DNA of 64,000 bases, from NCBI RefSeq assembly GCF_016432865.1, contig NC_067399.1, forward strand, positions 62,930,001 to 62,994,000, read 5' to 3'. The notes under the pieces are model-generated. The model was not told the origin of the DNA, did not search any database, and was given only the letters and a program-made list of their open reading frames with translations. The stretch is from Antechinus flavipes. Taxonomy: Eukaryota. Of this stretch, positions 59,124-64,000 are shown one piece after another (within the stretch, counting starts at the first letter, position 1; every line of letters begins with the position of its first letter). A program made the translations under genes and the position numbers.

Positions 59124-60193
59124 CTGTGGTGATTGCAAAGAAGGAAATGATGAGTTAGTTTTGAATGTAACAGAGTAGTGAACTGGGTACATAAATGTGA
59201 TTTCTCAGTAATGGAAAATGAAGCATCTATGGCCACAGCTCAAATGGCCACATGTGTATGGTACCATGCATCTTTCTGGGAACTCCTATACATAGGAACA
59301 AGTACAATCCCCAGGCAAATTTTAGGATTTGTTGCTGTTGTTGAATTGAGTTCAAAACATTGAGGGAATCTTCACCCAGAAAAATCCTATATTTATAGGT
59401 CTTCTACTTTACTCATCCCCTTGCACATAAATAAATTTGCATTTAAAGATTAGGTCATTTGTCCAGATCAGGCATTTTGTGGGTCAGTTTTGGGCAAGTT
59501 CAGAAGGGAGAAGGAAGTTCCTAGTTGAATCTCTTTAACTGTTATCTTTAAAGGCTTGTGGGTTTCTATGCCTTGAGAGGAACTTTGAGAAGAAACTAGT
59601 TACCCCAATCATTCTGTGTGCTGGGTTGAGCAATTTATAGTGAGAGAGAATGGTAATGTTGCCTCTGGCAAATCTTTCAGATTTCTTAGCTTTTTAATAA
59701 ATGTCAATTTTGTGCCTGAGCCTGGTGGCTATCTTAGTGGTATCTGAAAATAAATAAGTCACCAAAGCAAATAAAGGGTGAAAACAAATAGGAGCTATTT
59801 ATTCTTTTGAACCATTGCATTTGTTATCAGCCAAGAGTGCCATGTATCTTGGATATGTAGATATGGGGACTGTCTGCTGTCCATTCACTTTAATTCATGG
59901 GATGTCAGAGCCGGAGAGATCTTAAAACATTCTACTCAACACATTCTTGAATGAAAGAAAAGCATTATGTGTCCCAGGCACTATGCTAAGGTCTAGGGAT
60001 ATAAATACAAAAGTAAGATAATTGCTGGTTTTGAGGGGCTTATATTTTAATCGGGGGAGACAATAACATATAGGAGCATTTTGTCTAAGAAAGGGAGTTA
60101 TTTCAGAACTCACAAAGGACCAAGAAAACTGCTCTTTCCAGAGGAAATGGTCATGTTGATCTGACTATATTTCTTACAGAAAGAAGGAGAAAT

Positions 60194-60196
<3 letters not shown>

Positions 60197-60236
<40 letters not shown>
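60197..60236. repeat. (TG)n microsatellite in CDH5 intron 9
   Basis: Direct reading. Confidence 0.9.
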
Positions 60237-60239
<3 letters not shown>

Positions 60240-61460
60240 TATTGAAAATGGGGAAAAGGGGAGAGAGGGTAGTTGCATTAGAGTCAGGGTCAAGGTGAAA
60301 AATGAAGATTCCCAGAGATTGTCAGGTCAAGTGGCTCAGTTTTTCTAGGTATGGTCTCTGGAAGGGAGCTTATAACCTAGAATTCAGAGCTTAGAATGTT
60401 AGAACACAGAAGATAGAAATGTTAAAGTTGGAAGATAAATGTCAGATCTGGAAAGGACCTGGAAAGAACTTCAGAGACATCTAGTATGTCTCATTTTGTA
60501 TGTAAAGTTGAGGTGACTGGGATTGACAGGCTGGAGCAGGAATGGCATCCTGGAATATACTTGAAGAGCAAAGCTAGCTGTGTCAGAGAAGGGAGATACA
60601 AAGGAGACTACCGACATCATGAAGCAGAAAACTTAGGCTGAGAGAAATCTCAATAAAAGGCCTGATCTTTTCCCAACACTTCCTTCTAGTGGAGATCTTT
60701 GTACTATACTGTACTGTATTATAACATACTATACTATAACATAATATATAATCCTATAATATCCTATAATATAATCCAATACTATACTATAATATGATAA
60801 TACTATAATATAATTCTATAATATAATATAATCTTATTATATATATCCTATAAATTAATAATCTTAATAAAATTCTGTAATATGATCTCATGTTATATTA
60901 TTCAAATGTTTCTGGTAAGCTGAAGTTTGCCTCAACCACAAAAATGCCATGGGTTTGCTAGAGATAGATTTAAAAAAAAAAAAAACTTTTCCCTAAACAT
61001 TAGGAATTTTCTTAAGTAGGGGCTCAAAATGATCGTGATTGACTTCATAACTTTTCATCTAAAATAACTGCCTAAAAATGGAAGATGAAGGAACTATGTG
61101 GACCCAAGGGGGCATTATGGTGTGCCCTACACCAAAAACAAGCTAATTATTTGAGCAGGGGTACATGTAGATAAAAAAAAATGGAATCCTATATATAGTC
61201 AATTCATGACTATGAATTGAAATTGAGAGACTTGAGTGCTGATTCTTGCTCCTAACCATCTGTATTACCGGGGCAAGATTTGACCTCTTCTGGGCATCAA
61301 TGTGCTTATCTGCTGACTGAAGGAGTTAGAAGAGATGTTCCTTTTAATTTACATCTTGTGTGATGTGATTCTACTTCCCAGTTGAGTGTGAGCATGCTCC
61401 TCCCCCAAGCCTGTGGCTCCCCTAGGATGATAATGGCTGGGAACTCTCCAGGGTACTCAC

Positions 61461-61588
61461 TGTTCCAGGGGCAGCATTTTCACACACTCTGGCATCATTA
61501 GGTTGTGCAATCTCTGGGGCATTGTCATTCTCATCTAAGATTTCCACATGAACTTGAACAATGGATTCTTGGCCAGTGGGGTAGTTCC
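61461..61588 (-). CDS. CDH5: VE-cadherin coding exon (exon 9; EC4/EC5 linker), 128 nt
   Basis: (G)NYPTGQESIVQVHVEILDENDNAPEIAQPNDARVCENAAPGT, containing the Ca-binding DENDNAP motif; acceptor tttcccag|, donor ACA|gtgagt; phase fits neighbours. Confidence 0.95.
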
Positions 61589-62241
61589 CTGGGAAAGGAA
61601 ATGATGAGAATACCCTTAAATCATATCTCCTTCATTGGTACTTATGACTATTGACTCAAGGGAGTCAGATCTAGGGAATAACATTCTACAGGGGTATCAT
61701 CATGAGAGGGCGCTTAGCTTTGTGAGGATAGCTGGTGCCCCAAAGATCTGAGATTCATTGACGTAAGGGCCCATAACTTATCCTTTCATCTGTCACCATG
61801 GCCAAATGGGCTTGAGTGGAAGAGAGAATTTTGGACTGGGAAACCAGGAGTCCTGATTTCTAGCCCTAGCTCTGTCAATAACCAACTTTGTGGCATTTAA
61901 CAAGTTAACTCCTCTTGTGAAGTCTTAGTTGCCTTTTCTGTAACTTCTCATCTGAAATTAAACCTTGACAAATACAATTTCCTGTCCATCTGGGACCTGA
62001 ACCCAGATTTTCTGACAAGTTCCACATCATTACCACACAACAATGAGCGAAGAACAAGCACTCAATAAATACTTGTTGGTTGCCTATCTGTGCCATCTGC
62101 ATAGTCTTTGGTTGACTTTTCTCCTTTCTTTACCAAAAAGAATGTGAGTGTTAAGTCTTACCCTCAGTTTTTATCAGAAAAAGGTAAACAGAGAAGAAGA
62201 AGGAAGGAGCCCCAGAAGGGACACCCATCTTGACATCTTAC

Positions 62242-62384
62242 CACGAGTATCCATCTCTTTGGCCTCAACAGTCAAATTATACCAAGGGTAGATTTCACGG
62301 TCCAATTCCTTAATGTTGGAAATGTAACCCTGCTTGGAGATTCTGAAAAATTGTCCTTTATCACTGGTCTTCCGGATGGAGTAC
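62242..62384 (-). CDS. CDH5: VE-cadherin coding exon (exon 8 by human numbering; EC4), 143 nt
   Basis: Translates G-TAC: YSIRKTSDKGQFFRISKQGYISNIKELDREIYPWYNLTVEAKEMDTR(G), with cadherin LDRE motif; acceptor atatag|, donor G|gtaaga. Confidence 0.95.
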
Positions 62385-62859
62385 CTATATTATGGGAGAA
62401 GAGATATCTCCTAGCATATTTTTCTTGCTCTATATATCTATATATAAGGAAACTGAGTTTAAATAAAAGTAAGTGACTTTTTCCAAGAACACATAGCTAT
62501 TAATTAAGCAGTGACAAGTCAGGTTATCATTGCATATTAATGACATTTGAGATTTTGCTCTTTTGTATGGGGACTATAATTATTCTGGTTATGGGGGAGA
62601 AATAGTATATTAAAAAGAGCTCTGGTTTGTGGGTCACAAGATGTGTTATGAACTAATTTTGTGACCCTGGGCATGTCTTTCCTTCATTTTGAGATTCAGT
62701 TCTCTTTTCTCATTAGGTCATTTATTAGTTGACTAACCATGGGCAGAATTACTTCCTGAAAGATAAGTTGTTTTCAGTTTACTCCTCTACAAAATGGGAA
62801 TTAAAAATATTTACACTATGCAATTCACAAGGTAGTTTTGAGGAAAACACTTTGTAAAC

Positions 62860-63025
62860 TTTTGTTGTTCAATTTTATCTTATTCTTTCTTACCTCATTT
62901 GGGATTTCCTTGATAGAGATACTGCAGTGGCTTACCATTTCCTTCTCCAGCTCATTTTATAGATGAAGAAACTGAGGCAAACACAGTTAAGTGATTTGCC
63001 CAGGATCACATAACTAGTTACCACT
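62860..63025 (-). mobile_element. MAR1-type CORE-SINE in the CDH5 intron upstream of exon 8
   Basis: tttgggatttccttg.tagagatactgcagtgg.ttaccatttccttctccagctcattttatagatgaagaaactgaggcaaac. Confidence 0.8.
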
Positions 63026-63054
63026 TAACCTTCAGGTACTATAGAAATGTGAGC

Positions 63055-63260
63055 AGGAGCAATCTGGTACACGTTTAACAAATGTTCCCTTGAAAAACAA
63101 GAGTACGGACGACACACTTTGATGTTTATTCTGCACTAACAGTTTCTTAAGTCTAGGCAAGCCCTGATTTGTAGAGTTTTCTGATTTTTGAGGTATTAAG
63201 TGCTCCTACTGAAAATTTAACAATATCCTTATGATCTGAATCCTTCATACCCAGGATGCA
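63055..63260 (-). mobile_element. MER63-like derivative, copy 3
   Basis: ctggtacacgtttaacaaa...gacacactttgatgtttattctgca...ttcttaagtctaggcaagccctgatttgtag...ctgaaaatttaacaat. Confidence 0.55.
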
Positions 63261-64000
63261 AGTTATCATTATTATTTGATTCCTGAAGGCTTGGGATAAA
63301 GATGATGGCATGGGGGCCTGTCTATTGTGTGGGGCAAACAGTGAGGGGTCCTGGGAAATGAGGAGGGAGCCTGAGGTCTCTGGCAGTTAAAGGTAAAGAA
63401 GTTATAAGGTGGGAAATAAAGGGAAAGTGGATCAAATTAGAGAGCATTAGACTTGGCATCAATTCTAGGTTTGATTCTCAGTTCTGCTATTGATGACTTA
63501 TGTACTCTCAGTTTCCTCATCTGTAAATGAGATGGTTGGGCCAGGTAGCCTCTAAAGCCCTCTCAGTTCTAACATTTCATGTTTCATGTTTGTGTTTGGC
63601 ATTTTAAGTCTTTCATCCTCTGACTTCTAGACTCTCTAGGCTTACACATTATTGCCCCTCACATGATTTATATTCTAGCCAAACTGATCTCCTTTGCTGC
63701 TTGGAAAATGTTTCATTTCCTGCTTTCCTGCCTTTGCTCAGGTTGTATCCAATGCCCAGAAATATTCTCCTCCCTAACTTCCACATCCCTTGAATTCTTT
63801 AGGACTTAGCACAAGATTCACTTCTGGAACTTCTTAGTGCCCCTCCTCAGTCTCTCCCTATCTTTGTATATTTATTTTGACTATGTTTTGCATTTATTTA
63901 TCTGTGATCATATTTTAATTCCCTGGCAGAAGGTAAGCTACTGTAGGACAGGAGCTGTCTTACTTTAAGTCTTTGTATTTTTTAGCACCAGCACAGTGCT

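Noticed and set aside
1587-63025. tRNA-like A/B-box sequences
   Set aside because: All are SINE heads followed by CORE sequence; no complete tRNA cloverleaf was found.
1-64000. CRISPR arrays, rRNA or prokaryotic/phage systems
   Set aside because: Vertebrate intron-exon gene and mammalian repeats throughout; no regularly spaced repeat-spacer array.

Overview
Marsupial genomic DNA: AT-rich, CpG-depleted, with MAR1/WSINE1-type CORE-SINEs, L1/L2/L3/RTE relics and seven N-gaps. The WSINE1-like SINE suggests an Australian marsupial; a dasyurid short-read assembly is plausible but is inference. The only protein-coding gene I can support is CDH5 (VE-cadherin) on the minus strand. Its last five coding exons (8-12 by human numbering) lie at 62384-62242, 61588-61461, 59123-59015, 57161-56916 and 55408-54879, with GT-AG junctions and consistent phases; the 5' part lies beyond the right edge. 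A probable ~3.2 kb 3' UTR ends at tandem AATAAA signals near 51680. The left edge is a CpG island that by mammalian synteny is probably the non-coding 5' end of BEAN1, though no BEAN1 coding sequence is visible. The ~51 kb between them is mostly old interspersed repeats and microsatellites. I found no confidently novel biological system. The best leads are: 96%-identical 155-bp direct repeats flanking the in-frame transmembrane exon of CDH5; loss of the S-V-R motif plus a GKPP duplication in the cytoplasmic tail; a repeat-inflated 3' UTR; a second local 119-bp duplication; and a few unexplained exon-like or CpG-retaining blocks. Repeat family names and human comparisons come from memory of consensus/reference sequences, not from a search, and repeat boundaries are approximate.
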